Assembly: GCA_013239625.1 (NCBI GenBank)
Contig: MU054212.1
Coordinates: 2,914,001-2,978,000 of the forward strand
Length of the DNA: 64,000 nt
Reading direction: 5' to 3'
Source: Lama guanicoe
Taxonomy: Eukaryota
Shown: one piece after another, positions 50,411 to 64,000 of the stretch
Position numbering within the stretch: the first letter of the stretch is position 1
Layout of the letters: each line of letters begins with the position of its first letter
The notes under the pieces: generated by a model
The model's database searches: none
What the model was told of the DNA's origin: nothing
The model's input: only the letters and a program-made list of their open reading frames with translations
Position numbers and translations under genes: made by a program

Positions 50411-53400
50411 ATTCTTTTTATCTTAGATGGTCTCATGGAGCACAGCCTGAGATCACGGCCTGGCTTTCCCGTGTGCTACTTCAAGATCCTGGGGAAATAT
50501 CTCCCACGTACGTGTAGTCAGTTTTGAAAAACCAGTTGCAACTCAATCATCCATCAATATATACAATCATTTTGCACCCACTTTCTATTTCTAGCCTGTG
50601 TCACCACTGCAGGTAATGAAATTGAAGAGCCCCCAGCCTGCTACGTAGAATAGAAGCTTCTTTCACTTATCTTAAAGCTCCTGCTCTCACAGTTCCATGG
50701 CAGATGGCTTCGAGTTCACTCTAATCCTAACCATCATTTCCTAGACACTTGAACATCTCCTTCTTTAAACATTTTATTTATCTCTCACTCAAGTTTTTCT
50801 AGTAACTGTAAGACTTTCTTAAAGTACACCTGCAAGAGCTTTCCAGGGCTGAGCACTGTCTTCTTTCTCACCCTCAGTGTTTTGTGGGCTGTTTGGGTAT
50901 CAGCACCTTAGCTAGCAGCCCTCATTTTGAGGTCAGATGTATCTAGTTTGAGTCATCTCTCTCCTTCTCTCTCCTGTTTATCAGCCACATGACCCAGTCC
51001 TATTCATATGGTGGCGGCGGGTTGATTCGTACCTGCCCAAGGCTGGCGGGGGTCCCGGGGCCCACGCGGGCAGCGGGCACGAGGCAGGAGCTCAGGACCG
51101 GGCGCTGCCTTCCCCCTGAGAGCAAAGCCTCATCTCCTCTTTACTGACTTTCTGGCCTCCCCACCCTACCTAATTTGCATACCATTGCCAACTTCTCTTC
51201 CGAAAGTGTGACTTGTAGCATGTGACCCTTCTACTCAAAAAAAATCTTCAAAAATTCCTCCTTGATCAGTCTTGCATGTAGAGCCCTGCCTGGAAGAGCC
51301 CCACAGTTTCCTCCCTCCACCTGTCTTCAAACATCTGAGGATCCTACAAATACCTGGAGATGCTGACAGGACCGTGGCCCAGCCCTCAGTCTTGGGGAGC
51401 CCGCAGTCCAGTTGACAGGGTGTGACACCGGCCCAGAGTCCAGGGGGAACCCAGAGGGAGAAACAAACACCCCAGGGAAGCTGAGGTCCGAGCTGCGTCT
51501 CCTTGTGTGAACAGGGGCTAGCTGAGCGGTGCTCACATCAGAGGAGACCTTGGGAAGAAAGGATGCCATAAAGAGAGAAGGTGCTGGCAGGGCACAGACT
51601 CTGGACGCACAGAAGCCTGGAGAGGCTGAGGTCTGGGGCGTTAGTGGGTGGTAGAGCTGACACCAGTAAACAGAGCCAGGCGGGGGTGCAGGGCCCCCGA
51701 GGCCAGCCCGGGGCTTTGGGGTGTAGCCTGTGGGTGGTGGGAGGTTACGGAACAATCGTAAGTAGGGGGTGTAACATCATGTAATTTCCAAAGAAAAGAT
51801 CGGTTTAATGGTCTAAAAGGATTTCATGGGTATTACAGAGAACTGGAAAAATATAGAAAATATAGAAAAATAAAAAGTAGAAAATAAAAATCCAGTGGCC
51901 CAGAGATAAACATTGACAACATCATTGTATTTACTCCTGATGCTCTCTCTCTCTCTCACCCTGGCCACTACGGGACAAGTGCTCGCTGCCTACCCGGCAT
52001 TGGCACCAGAGCTTTCATCCGCACCCTAACAGCTGTAGACAGAGTTATTAACAGGAGGAAGCTTTAAGAAGCTTCTCTGGATCTCAGGGTCGGTAATGGC
52101 AGAGTTGGGCTTCCGGCCAGATTACGGGGCTCCGGCACCTGAGTTCTGAACCTCTAGGCTGGTTGGTGATTACACTGATCCACATCCACACACACACACA
52201 TTAAGTTTTCTTTAAAATAGAGTTCAGGACCCTAATTTTCTGGATTGGGACTTTAAAAAGAATTTTGCTGAGAGCCCGAAGGCGCTGTCTAGGTGGGGGG
52301 GGTCAGAAAGTGTGGTGGGAGGGAGCGGGTAGATGGGGGCGGCAGCGGTCACGTGGAGGGTGATGGACACGCGAGGCAGCGAGGGTGGGCGCTGGGGGCG
52401 AGGATGCACGCAGAGACCCTTGGGAGGAAGAAGTAACAGACCTTGACCTGGGGCGTGTGTGTCTAGGCAGGAGCTGAGAGGAAGGCAGGCGCGAAGGAAA
52501 CACCTGAGGATTCTCTACGGAGCACCTGGCGGATGGGAAAGCCATTAGCGGAGGGAGACGTTTGGGAGACCAGGCGGTGGCGAGTTCCCCTGGGGGCCCC
52601 ATGGGAGGGCGCGCCCCGCCAGCTGGACGTGTTCACTAAGCAGCTGGAGACACAGAGGGGAGTGGCTGCATGTTTGTACTGAAGTCAAGGGACATGGGGT
52701 TCCCTGGGAAGAACAGGCAGATAAAAAGGAGGCAGAAGCAGCTTAGGGACATGGGCAGAGAAGTTAACAGGGTAGGATAGTTGGATCCCAGAGTGGCCGA
52801 CACACAGGGACCACAGAGCAGGGTGGCTGGGAACAGGAAGGGCCTCCGGAGTCACGGCTTTCTGCCCCAAACCCCAGGTTCGGGCTAATCCCTCATCCGC
52901 CATCAAACTCATTTTTAGGTGTTCATTTCCGGTTCGATTTACCTTCCCGTCCTGGCCTGCTGTGCCTCTGTGTCTCTAAGGCTGATTTATACTCTTAACC
53001 TCCTCCAGGAAGCCTTCCCAACTTGCTCCACTGGGCCTCCAGCTCCCTGCGCACAAGCCCCCCCTCACCCCGCCCCAGCATCCCTTCTGCACCATCACAG
53101 ATCTTGTTTCCCCCGAGCTCTGCCTCCTTGGAGCCCGACGGGGCCTCATAACAAGGTGCTGATCAATTGGATGTTTATAACCCACAGCAGAGAGTGTATT
53201 ATTTTGCCTGTATAGTGTGGTTTTTGGAAATACACTTTCTGTACCCCAGAAGCTCCTCTGCCTTTTTTAGCTCAGTCCCAGCTCCGTGGATTTTTCCCAT
53301 GGCATATTCTTCCCGGTGGCCTGGCATTTTGCAACTCAAACACTCCACAGGCAGCCTGGGAGCTGAGACCCCACTTCTGTTCACTTTCTTTCCCCATTTC

Positions 53401-54789
53401 TCCATCTTCCTCACTCCTGTTTTATGACAGCCCCTCATCCTGGAACCCACCGTGCCTTCCTTCCCGTGTGCCATGCCTGCCCAACCATGTGACTCTTTGT
53501 AACCACGTAGCTCTGATGGGGTTAAGGAGGGTGTCGTCTGCTCCATGTGCCTTCTTTTGGGACAGAACTCAGCAACATTCTACCAGCCCTCCCTAGGCAG
53601 CTACAGTAGGTGGCAGGTAACAGATCTCCAGAGAGCTTCCCAGCTTCACCTTGTGTTCCTTCAAGACTCACAGGTTCCCTGTAAAGCCAGAGAGAATCCT
53701 CACCCGTAGACATGTGTATCTGTATCTGTAGATGCGCTTGTGTGCATGATAAGCCAGTGACACTTAGGATGACAGTGACGTTGATCATAATAACTACCAT
53801 TTGCTGAGCACTTAGCACGTGCTGGGTACTACACAAAGCGCTTTACAGACAGTGCTTCATTTAATCCCCTCTTCCCTGCCTGCTGCTCTTTCACGCCCTG
53901 TGGAATCTTGGGGCTGCTCTGAAATCACTGCCATGTTGGATAGGCATTTTTGGCTTTCCCTTTGCAGGTGTGATGGGAGTAGACCCAGGAACTCTCCATG
54001 GTTAGTACGCAGGCTCTGGGGGAAATCCACGGCAGCACTGAAGTGAGAGGAGCCGGTCCTGCCTCATCTCTGCCTCTTACCGCCTCTCCCTCAGAGAGAA
54101 GCCACAGGTCAACTCGGGGAAGCAATGACATTTGACCTTCCCCCAGAGAGCCAGTGCCTGTGGGGCATGTGTCTGTGACAATATCCTACAAAATAAGCAA
54201 TACTTGATGGAATTCTAGTTAGCTGTAAACAAAAAGATGCAGTTCAGGGAAAGTGTCCTTAAAAAGAAGAAACCATCTTCCCAATCTTGATTTTTAAACT
54301 TCCACTCCTGCTTAGGGCTATTATCATTTCAGGTGGAAAATGGCAGCAAATCAAATAGTACTGGTGTAGAAAAATACAAAATCGAGCCATAACCACTCCC
54401 TACTTCCTTAAATGATTTGCAGAAATATTCAGGGGAGGAAATAAAAAAGAGAACTTCAGAGAAAGAGGACTGGATTTGGGGACAAGCAGAGATTAAATTT
54501 GGTGTTTAAGGACAGGTAAGTAGCACAAAGCACTGGAAGACAGCAGAGGTTTTGATCCTAAGGTAAGTTAAAAATAAAGCCTCCTGGAACATCCTGGGCT
54601 TTGCAATGCTGTTCCATGCGTACACTAAAATAAAAGGTGATTTGAAAAGTACAGCCTGCGAGGGAGGAGAGGTGGGAGGGAGGTGTGAGTGGCCAGATTG
54701 TGGGGGGAGCTGTGTGCAGAAGTGGCTGTGAGCTTGCGAGGAGGGAGGCGGTGAAGCAGGGAGGTTTTCTGTTTCCTGTTGAAGGTTGA

Positions 54790-55185
54790 TGTCTCCGTCA
54801 GCTCGGGCTGTTCCAATAAAATACTATACAGACAGGGTGGCTTAAACTGCAGAATTTTATTTTTCACAGTTCTGGATGCTGGGAAGTCCAAGGTCAAGGT
54901 GCTGACTGATTTGGCTTCTGGTGAGGGCTCTCCTCCTGGCTTGTTGATGGCTGCCTTCTAGCCGTGCATTAGCCGTGTGTTCACATGACTTCTTCGTGCT
55001 CCAGAGGAAAGAGTGAGCTCTCTGGTGTCTCTTCTTATAAGGAAACTAATCTTATCAGATCAGGGACCAACCCTTATGACCTCATTTACTCTTAATTATT
55101 TCCACAAAGGCCCTACCTCCAAGTACAATCAAATTGGGAGTCAGGGCTTTGAACATATGAATGTGCAGGAGGGGTAGGGGGACAC
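54790..55185 (-). mobile_element. MLT1A/MST-type MaLR LTR
   Basis: gggtggcttaaac...cacagttctgga.gctgggaagtccaaggtcaaggtg...tctggtgtctcttcttataagg. Confidence 0.8.
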
Positions 55186-56599
55186 AGACAGATGGGTTAT
55201 TCTGCAAATAGTTAAAAGCTAAGGGGAAGGGGCCAGTGGAGAGAGGACAAATGAGAAACTGAGGAAGGGACAGCGGAGATGGAAGAGAGGACTTGTGGAG
55301 CCAAGGATGGGATTTTTGGTGTCAGAAAGTACAGGGAGTGGACAGTGTCTCCATAATTGTGAGGCCAGTTTACCTGGTAAGTGGGGATGGGTCTGGAACC
55401 TAAGAAGAGTAAAAAGATCCAGGAGAGCCTCCTTGGGGAACAAGACAAGAAGTGAACTGGGCACTGCCACGTGACATCCAAGGGCCAGCCAGCCACACTG
55501 AGATAAGTCGATTGCCATCAGGCATCAGCTTTAATGTCACCTCTTTCTGGAGGTCTCACCTGACCACCCTGTTTTAATTTTCTGCATAGCACTTAGTCGT
55601 ATCTGAATTAAGCTCTTACTTCTCCCTGTCGGATGTAAACTCCATGAGACCCTGGACTTTTCTGCCTCGCTTGTCGCTGGATTTCTAAAACTTACAGCAG
55701 TGCCTGTCTGTAGAATTCGCATGCCTTTCCCTTATTCAGGCCACATTCACCGCCCAGCAACACACATGACTGGCCGGGTTCCCGTGACTCCACTGGTCAT
55801 GAACTCTGTGGCTGTTTCTGCTAAGAGGATCAGCAACACTGGAGGTATGTCTAGAAACTGCAGTTCTTAAATAGCTAGTTTGACTTGTGCAAACTTCAAC
55901 TGGTCCATGTCTCAGATACTTTGGATTTTTGAAATACAGGACTGTCCACCACTAAAGAAGCAGTCATTCTAAAAATGTGGCCCTCATTTAGAGAGCTGTC
56001 TGTTCTCCCAAACCTCACTTGGGCATCCTGCAGAAAGTAAGTCCATTTGATTCTAGACTCTAAAACCTGTCTTTTTTTACCAGGCTTGGAATGGCGTTTC
56101 TGAGCAGAGAAAGGCTGAGCTACTTCATAACGCAGGTGAATTTCTTTCTCTGTTATGAGTTCCTGAAAGTCACAGGCAAGAGAGCTATGCTGAGAGCTGG
56201 CTCTCTTGTATGAGAGGAAGGTGATGGCCGTTCTAGCAGAGTACCTGGACCTTCCTACCTCCTCATAAAAGAATGAGCTGTGACTCTCAGGAGAGGAAAG
56301 AGTGGGACGAGCCCCAAACTTTGCTGGCCATTCATCATGTTTGAAATGGTTCTGAGGCTATAAATATCTAAGGGCCCTGATGGAAAACTTAAAGGGTAAG
56401 ACATTTCACATTTTCCACGTGCCTCATCTTATACGATTGGAACATAACCCCGCAGTCCTTCACTGCTGATTTCTCTTCTCTCTGAATCACTGTGGCAGTT
56501 ATAGCGGGACCCACCTTTTAGTGCTTTAATACATGACGGTCTCACCGGCAATTTGTTTTCCTGTGTTACTGACAGAGTGGGGCACAGAGTAAACATTTT

Positions 56600-56960
56600 T
56601 TCTTCATTTGATAAGATGGGGAAAGTACCCACCTTCTAGGGTGGCTGAGAGGATTAGAGGAGTTAACATACATGGGGCTTCTAGCACAAGGAAAGTGTTT
56701 AATAACTACTAGCTAAAATTAGTAACAATCATTGTTAATAAGAGACAGTAGTGCCTGGGGGGAACAAAAGCATGGACCCTGCAGCCTGCGGCCATCATTC
56801 AAATCCTGTGACCTTGGGTGAGCTACTTCATCTCTCTGTGCCTTGATTTCCTTATTTCAAGACTGGGGATACCAAGAGTACCGCCTTCTTGAATGATGAA
56901 GATTCGACAACATCGCAAAGTCCTTGGAAAACAGCCTGGCACACAGAAGCATCACACTGG
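56600..56960 (+). mobile_element. MIR fragments
   Basis: tgtgaccttgggtgagctacttcatctctctgtgccttgatttcc. Confidence 0.7.
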
Positions 56961-59900
56961 TGTCACATACTTAATTCATAGAACAACCCTCTGAGCTGGT
57001 TGTCAGTATCCGTACTTGTACAGATGATGAAGCCAAGGTTTGGGGTCACACCGCGAACAGTGGGTCCACAGTTCTAAGCGACTTGAAGACCAAAGCTCAT
57101 TTCACTACCGCACATGAGAGGGTTACATGTGGGTCTATGGTTGCGCGTGACGCTTCCATCCCCTGGAGGCACAAGCCTACTAAAACGGGTTATCATCTTT
57201 CCCGGTATTCCTGATTACTAACTGGCAACCTGGACGGACGCTCTCAACCCACAGCAAGTGGTAGCATCCTAGTTGCTGGAAGTTGACAGCACTTTCTTCC
57301 ACTGATTTACTTTAAGCAAACGAAACAGCCTCTTGGAAGCCGGCAGTGAGTGGATCTGACAGCTCACAGTGCCTGCTCTCTCTCCCTTGCCTGGACCACA
57401 GCACATGGGTGACTCCAAGGCGTGGATTCTTCCAGCTATCCAGTGGAGCCTCTGTTATTCCTGCAAAGGAGTCAAGGGAGGTTTTAAAAGTTGGCTCAGA
57501 CTTCCTTTTCCACTGAGGGTGGGGCAATGTTGAGAAACTAAGAGAAAGACCAGAGGCTATTCCAAGAATTTGCTTGTGAGTGTACACCACTGCCATCTGC
57601 TGGATGGAATGGGTATCAGACCAATTCCGATGTTTCTCTGCTGCGTAATAAACAAATTCACTGGTTCCCATTGTGGGTGCAGAACCCAGTGGTTTCATCA
57701 TTTCATAACAGCAGTTCTAAATGTCTGCATGTTTTGGAAACTTCATGATACTTGTGCCTAGAAGGACCTTCACGTGAGTCATCAGAAGATAAACTGATGA
57801 CATCTTTGAAGCAATGTCCTATTTAGCACTAATACTGCTGATCAAATTTGGTCTGTTCCCAAATGGTTGATCTAACTGGTTAGCAGAAGCCCACAACTCT
57901 CAGGCAAGGGCATGTAGCAGAACTTGGGCCCTCTTGTTAAAGGCAAAAAGCTCCTACAGGGAAGTGAAGTCACTGCCTGGCTTTAATCTTGTATCTTCTG
58001 AAATTCTGTGTTCATATACCCAACAATTATTTATCGTGCACTTATCCTGTGTGCCAGGCACTGTATCACTGTATTAGGGGTTGAGAAAGCAAAGATGAAT
58101 GAACATAGTCCCTGCTCTTAATAACAGCCTATGGATATTTCCTGAGTGCTTACTACGTGCTGGGCGTGTATATCCAATTACATCTCATTTGATCCTCAAG
58201 ACGACCCTAGAATCTATTCTAATCTCACTTGTAGTCTTCTCATATGATTACCTCATTTGTAGTGACTTTTACTATCTCAATTACCATTCAGAAAACTGAA
58301 GCTGAGAGATTTAATTAGTTTATCCAAGAAAATACAGGTAGGAAGAGCCGGAGTGGGATCTGAATACTGGGGTAGTAGGAGCAGGAAGGCAGAGGAGAGA
58401 TGTGTTGATAACATGGACCAATGTAATTCCCCCACAACCTCCATAGAGAGTCTGGGTCTTCCATTTCACACACATCTTCTGTCCCATTACCTAGTTTTCC
58501 AACAAAGTGAGAGGATTACAAAACAGTAAGTGATGACAGCAGTCAATGCTTTGGAAAGATTTATCAGGAAGAATATCGCTTCCTCTAGCAAGCATTTGAA
58601 ATCTATCTAGTTAACATCCTTTTTAGTTCATAACTCTTCTTCCTAAGAGCAGCCTTGGTGTCAGCAGCAAGACCTGCGTTGTTGTCAGTTCTCACTGGAC
58701 AGAAAACAACTCCGTGTTTTGGTCAGCGTGACAGAGGACGCGAGAGGGACAGATTTGCTCAGCACGGGCTAGGGAGCAATTTGGATGTCTGAGAGCAACA
58801 GTCTCAAGCTGCTTTTTATTTTTCCTCCCTCTTGGTATAAGAGGGGCTGCTGGTGCTGGTGGAGAGATACAGGGTGGGCAGTGGGGAGAGGAGAGGGAAG
58901 AGAGGATGAAGAGAAGCTGCAGGCAGAGAAGAAAGTGCTCTGTGCCTAGTGCCTGTGCAAAGTGCCCAGATGCTACTACTGGACAGAAAACCAGGAGTGT
59001 AGGGGGCAGAAAAGTGCCTAATGGCAGGTTAGGGCTTTGTTGCCAGCCTGCCGGGCTACAGTCCCTGCTCCACCACTAGCCTAGCGTTTGACCTCAGGCA
59101 ATTCACGTGATCCTTTCTAATCTTCACCCATGAGTTGGGGTTGCCTCACAGTGTTGTTTTGGGCGCTCAGTGACGTAGTCCAGACTGGCCTTGCAGCAAG
59201 GGGCCAGAATTCAGAGGGAGCTTTTAGAAAAATTACTCTTTAGGGTTGCTTGATGCTACTTATTTGCACATCAGTTTTTGCCATTTGTGCTCTGGAGTTT
59301 TCCCTCTCAACAATCCCATGAGGCAGGTTAGCGAGATATAAATCATCGCCGTATATACAGAAGAAATAGATCCCCAGGTGACTTAGCTAAAATGAAGACG
59401 TTTTTCCAACCAGAGCCCGCCCTGAGGGCCACCCACCCAAGAACCACCAGGAAAAGCATCTTACGGAATTGCAATTGTGTCTCAGACCACAATGCAGAGA
59501 GCGATATTCAAATTGTTTCCTGGAAATAACTGAAACTCAGATTTCTTGGAAGGAGCTCCCACCTGGAATTTCCTGGAAGGAGTACAGCCAGAAGGGGGAA
59601 AAGCTCTTATAAAGCATCCATGGCAATTTTTTTTGAAAGTCTCTTTCTAATAGATTTTGAGGATGAAAGAAAAACAGAACGCTGAATTTTAGATTATTTT
59701 AAAATTAATCAACTCGTCATCAGCCAATGCTCTCTTTGTGGTAAATAACCACCAAAACATGATTTCCCTATTGTTATACATGTTTGTGAAGCCAGATGTG
59801 GGGGGTGAAGTTTTAGAGAAATAAGAACAAATGGAAATAAGAGAGAAGATATCAGAAATACCAAAAAAATAATGTCCACTTAAGGAACGTATAAAAATGT

Positions 59901-60499
59901 TGCATTGAGACAAGACCAGCTAAGGATCAGTACAAAAAGAGGCACGTGAAGGAGAAACACAGTAAAATCTAACTGGGAGAAAGCAGAGCTGAGTAAACTC
60001 TCATCAGACCAAACTTTACTGTGTTAAGTTCCTTAAAAGTTTTTTTTTTTCAATGAATGATTTGCAATAATTGTGCCAGTTATTTGTATGTAAGTGGGCT
60101 TTTTAAAAGCATGATTGAACAGTTAATTTTTATAGTCATTTAATTCATGTTTATATTATTTTTCGGCACAATTAATTTGCACTGTAAGGCACAGACTTGA
60201 TTTTGTTTCAGAAGGTTAAACACAGGCCTATTCAAATGATGAATTCCAACAGAGCTGGAGTTGGAGAAATGAAACATCACGGAGCAGTTCATAAACGAAA
60301 AGGCATCTTGGCTAACAGGACAAGAGCGGGGAGATCAGTGCCTGACACACAGTAGGTGCTCTGTACACGGTTGGTGAACAAATTGGAGGGATTAAAGACT
60401 GACCTTGGTTTCCCACGTGAATTCAGTTAGGATGTGAATGAGACTTGTCTTTGCTACTCATTCTGGCTAGAAATAAAGTGAAAGGTACAAAATCTACCC

Positions 60500-61340
60500 A
60501 AGTCTTCAGAATCCCCATGTCCATCCCATTACTGTGTTAGAAACCCAGGTGTCCACTTGCCATCTCTGTCTCTCCTTGTTAACCCATCAGGTATCCTTTC
60601 CTACATGCTGTCAATTTCACCTTGCAAATGGATCTCCCATCCCTGTGTCCCTTGCTACTGCCCTAACCCCAGCTGTATCTTCCCTTGCCTGGACGACTGT
60701 AATAGCCTTCCAAGGGCTATACTTCATCCACTCTGGGCCCCTCTATTCACTGCCCACAGTGACACCAGAAGTATCCTTGCAAAATACAGATCTGATTATG
60801 TCAGTGCCGCCCCCTCCCAATTCTCCTGGCCCACCCCTTCACTCTGCTCTTAGGGTTAAGACCAGGGGCCTGTTCTGCAACCGCCTCTCCCATCACTGCC
60901 CCTTCCCTCTCTTAACTCCACCTACCTAATCCTTGAGTCCTCCTCCCTGGGCCTCGCCTCTCCCTGCTTGGAAAATGCCGTTCCCTCTTCCCTCTGCCTG
61001 AAACCTACTTCTGTTCTGTCGGCTTCTCCTGCCCCTGCCTCTTCATCACTTAGATCTGCTTGTAATACTTCCTCTGGAACCCTGGCCCCAGTCTTGGCTA
61101 CTTTGCCTCTATTCGGTTAGTGCTATTGGAATCCCATGTTTCTTTTCTTTCAAAGCACTATTCTCTGTCTGTCCCTTGTTCAACTGTTTGATTAACATGT
61201 GTCTCCCTACCTGAATCATAAATTCCAGGAGACGGAGGACTCTGAATGCTTTTTCTCACCGTTGTGGTGTCTCTGGCATCTAGCAGTGTCTTGCACACAG
61301 CAGGCACAAATAAATGTTTGTGGAATGAATGAATGAGCTT
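60500..61340. mobile_element. L2 fragments
   Basis: ttgcctggacgactgtaatagccttc...; ends aataaatgtttgtggaatgaatgaatga. Confidence 0.7.
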
Positions 61341-63185
61341 AATGAATACTGTCTTGTTACTCTTAAAGGCTAATCTCTCTGTTTTGCTCTCTGCACGATT
61401 ATCTCAAACTAAAATCACCAAGAAGCATAATGTGATTTACATCTAGTATGTTTTTATGAATGAAAACACTGTTACAGTGCCTATGAAAACTGAATTGTCT
61501 CACTTCTGCATTAATTAAAAAAATTCTTTCTCACTTCTGCATGAGCTATTAAAATAAGCATACATGCTTGCATCTAAAAATTTCATTCTTCCCCAAGATA
61601 GTTCATCCTAAAGATAAAGAAGATAAAAGCTTCATTGGCTTGGGAAATTATAAATTGCACTCTCAAAGAAGGTTGAGAAATGCAGTGTAACATGCAACTA
61701 AATAAAAGCCTTGGTGAACTGATAGTTCACAAGTGAACCAACATCCTTTGAATGACTCAAAAGCCATGTAGATGGGAAACTATATTAGCAGAAAACATCA
61801 CATTTCAGGATGAGAAAACAATCATTCTGATTTTAGACACGTCAAGACAAGCATTGGTGCAAGCAACTTATTCCTACAGGTAAACGGAAGTTTAATTTTC
61901 AGAAAGTTCTCTGATATAATACATTTTTCGCTAATTCCTTTTACATTTAAAAGCAAATTGCTCTGGATAAATAATTGTAGGCCAAAAGGTCCATGATGCT
62001 ATTCAACGAATTGAATAATCTGTTTTCATCATCATGTAGTAGAAGTCTTATTACAGTTACTTTCCTAGTACTTAGGTAGGATAATTTGTACAATAATTAC
62101 TGAATATTCTCCAAAATAAGTACCTCACGTCAGAGTAATGTGAATGGCCAGTAAATTACTATTACTTAAATATGTCTGAATCAAGCTATCATTTCCCATC
62201 CTATGATGCAAGCCCTGGCAAAGAATTATAAACAAGAAAATCTCACAGCTTAGAAGAGAGACCTCTAGTGTGTGTTAGAGAACTTTATATTGGGCTTCAG
62301 GCATAATGAATACAGCAAAATCACTGCAGTCATTTTGAATACTGTGGTGGGAGATTTTTTTTTTTTTTTGCCAACAATCATTCACGCTTGGTTCACTTCA
62401 AAATTTCTTCCCAGCAAATGTATGATATTTTTGCCTAATCAGTTCCTTTCTTTTTATAAATATAACTGCCTAAACCAACGAAGTTTTCTCTGGGATGCAA
62501 AGTTTTAAAATTCAATGATCACCTTTGCGACCTAATTAGTAAACATGAAACCTACTGTCGTCATAACAATTGCTAACAATTCTTTCCATTCAAGCAGCAG
62601 CAGGACACCCGAGCCAAATTGTTGTAGTCAGTGTGTAGTCTTCTGAACACCAGCCCCTCCTGGTAAACCAACTGCCACACAAACATAAACACGCGGAATA
62701 GATGGGCACACTGCCCATTATCCAGGAGACAAATGGATCCACTACTATTTCAAATTCACCAAGTAGGTTAGCTGTTAGTTTCCACAGATTCCCACATATG
62801 CAGGTAAATTCCTTGATGTAAGATCAGGTTTGATGAATCATTCTATGGCATCAGCCTCTGCCTTTAAAAACTCTTTTATTTTCTCCTTTTCCACATTAAA
62901 AACACATCTGAGATACACACAGACAGTATTTCTCTAAAACACACACACACATACACACAAAACAGGAGGTCTCTTAAGGAGTCTACTGCTGAGAAGGTAA
63001 AAGCATTTTGCTCATTTTTAATTTGCTAAAACAATCCAAGCATGCTTGGTACCCAGAGGGTATTCTCAAATAAACTTGTATCTCTAGCTGCCAGCTTAGT
63101 TGATTGAAAACAGAAGGCAAACGTTTCTTAAAGAATGAGTATGTTAAACTGTTACGTCCCTCCCAGCTCCACCACGGACACACAC

Positions 63186-63187
<2 letters not shown>

Positions 63188-63227
<40 letters not shown>
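63188..63227. repeat. (CA)n microsatellite at the CpG island edge
   Basis: About 20 CA units. Confidence 0.95.
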
Positions 63228-63231
<4 letters not shown>

Positions 63232-63299
63232 AGGATTTGCTCGAAAGCAGCCAGTTCTACGATCTGGGAGATAATGCAGCATTTGTACCAAATAACTTC

Positions 63300-64000
63300 T
63301 GCCTACTGCGGGGCACGTCTGAGCGAGGAAGCCAGTGTGGGCAGTTCCTGCGTGCCTTTCTCCACGCACAAAGCCGACACCCAACTTTGCTAACTTAGTT
63401 GGCTCCCGCCCAGCCGGCCCCCGAAGCACAGTCACGGTGAAAACGTTTTAATACCAGAAAATCATTTCCACGGCACAGTGCAAGTGTTCGAAAGCACAAA
63501 GGCAGGCACTGTCGACCCGCGCTAGATAGGAAGTTGCGGTACTCGGGGCGGCGGCGCGGAGCACGCGTCCAGGTAAGGGATTCCTGCACCAAGGCTCCCG
63601 TTTCCTCGTCCTGGTGGGTTTGGGGGCTCTACCTCACTTTTCACGCGAATTCACCAGAACGCGCCCCCGACTCGGTTCTTTTTCCAGGAGGCGCTTACTC
63701 TATTTTCCAGCCAAGTCCCTCTGGGGGGCGGGAGAGGAAGCACACTCCACATTTCAATAAAAAGGGGCGGCGGGGGTGGGGGCTGGGGGGAGCAAAGAGG
63801 TCAGAAAAGAGCCGAACTGTATCCCTCCCGCCCACCTCTCTGCCCCAAGCACCGGTTCAGACGGCGGAGACGGGAGGCGGTCAGGAAACTCTGTCCCTTT
63901 AAGGGAACCTTGGCCGCCAGAAGGGGAGGGAAGGATGCGGGCTCCGGACTCGGCGCTGCAGGCACCGCGGAGCCGAGGCGAGCGCAGCAAAGCCACAGCC
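63300..64000. promoter_or_regulatory. CpG island / promoter region continuing beyond the window
   Basis: High GC and CpG density, GC boxes (ggggcgg near 63546, 63725 and 63764), plus-strand donor CAG|GTAAGG at 63573. Confidence 0.85.

Noticed and set aside
63911..63930. CTCF-like motif tggccgccagaagggg
   Set aside because: Only the 5' half matches the consensus; such partial matches are expected in GC-rich DNA.

Overview
Mammalian genomic DNA, probably camelid. The basis is five tRNA-Ala-like SINEs resembling camelid Vic-1 plus cetartiodactyl-type L1 3' ends. The window is repeat-rich (L1, L2, MIR, MaLR/ERVL LTRs, hAT-Charlie) and I find no intact protein-coding gene; nearly all ORF-track entries are chance or repeat-derived ORFs. 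Reading splice signals by hand on the minus strand reveals a phase-consistent chain of about 15 exons from about 13134 to the left edge. It encodes a protein I cannot name and carries at least nine in-frame stops, so it is most likely an unprocessed (possibly unitary) pseudogene. Just upstream lie a near-perfect 218-bp inverted repeat (13849-14066) and a small CpG-rich patch (about 14530-14730). The middle of the window is repeat-rich non-coding DNA with several informative retrotransposition structures: a twin-primed L1, TSD-flanked L1s and SINEs, and a double L1 tail. The window ends in a CpG island/promoter (about 63300-64000) whose gene I cannot identify. Coordinates and family names of old repeats are by eye and approximate.
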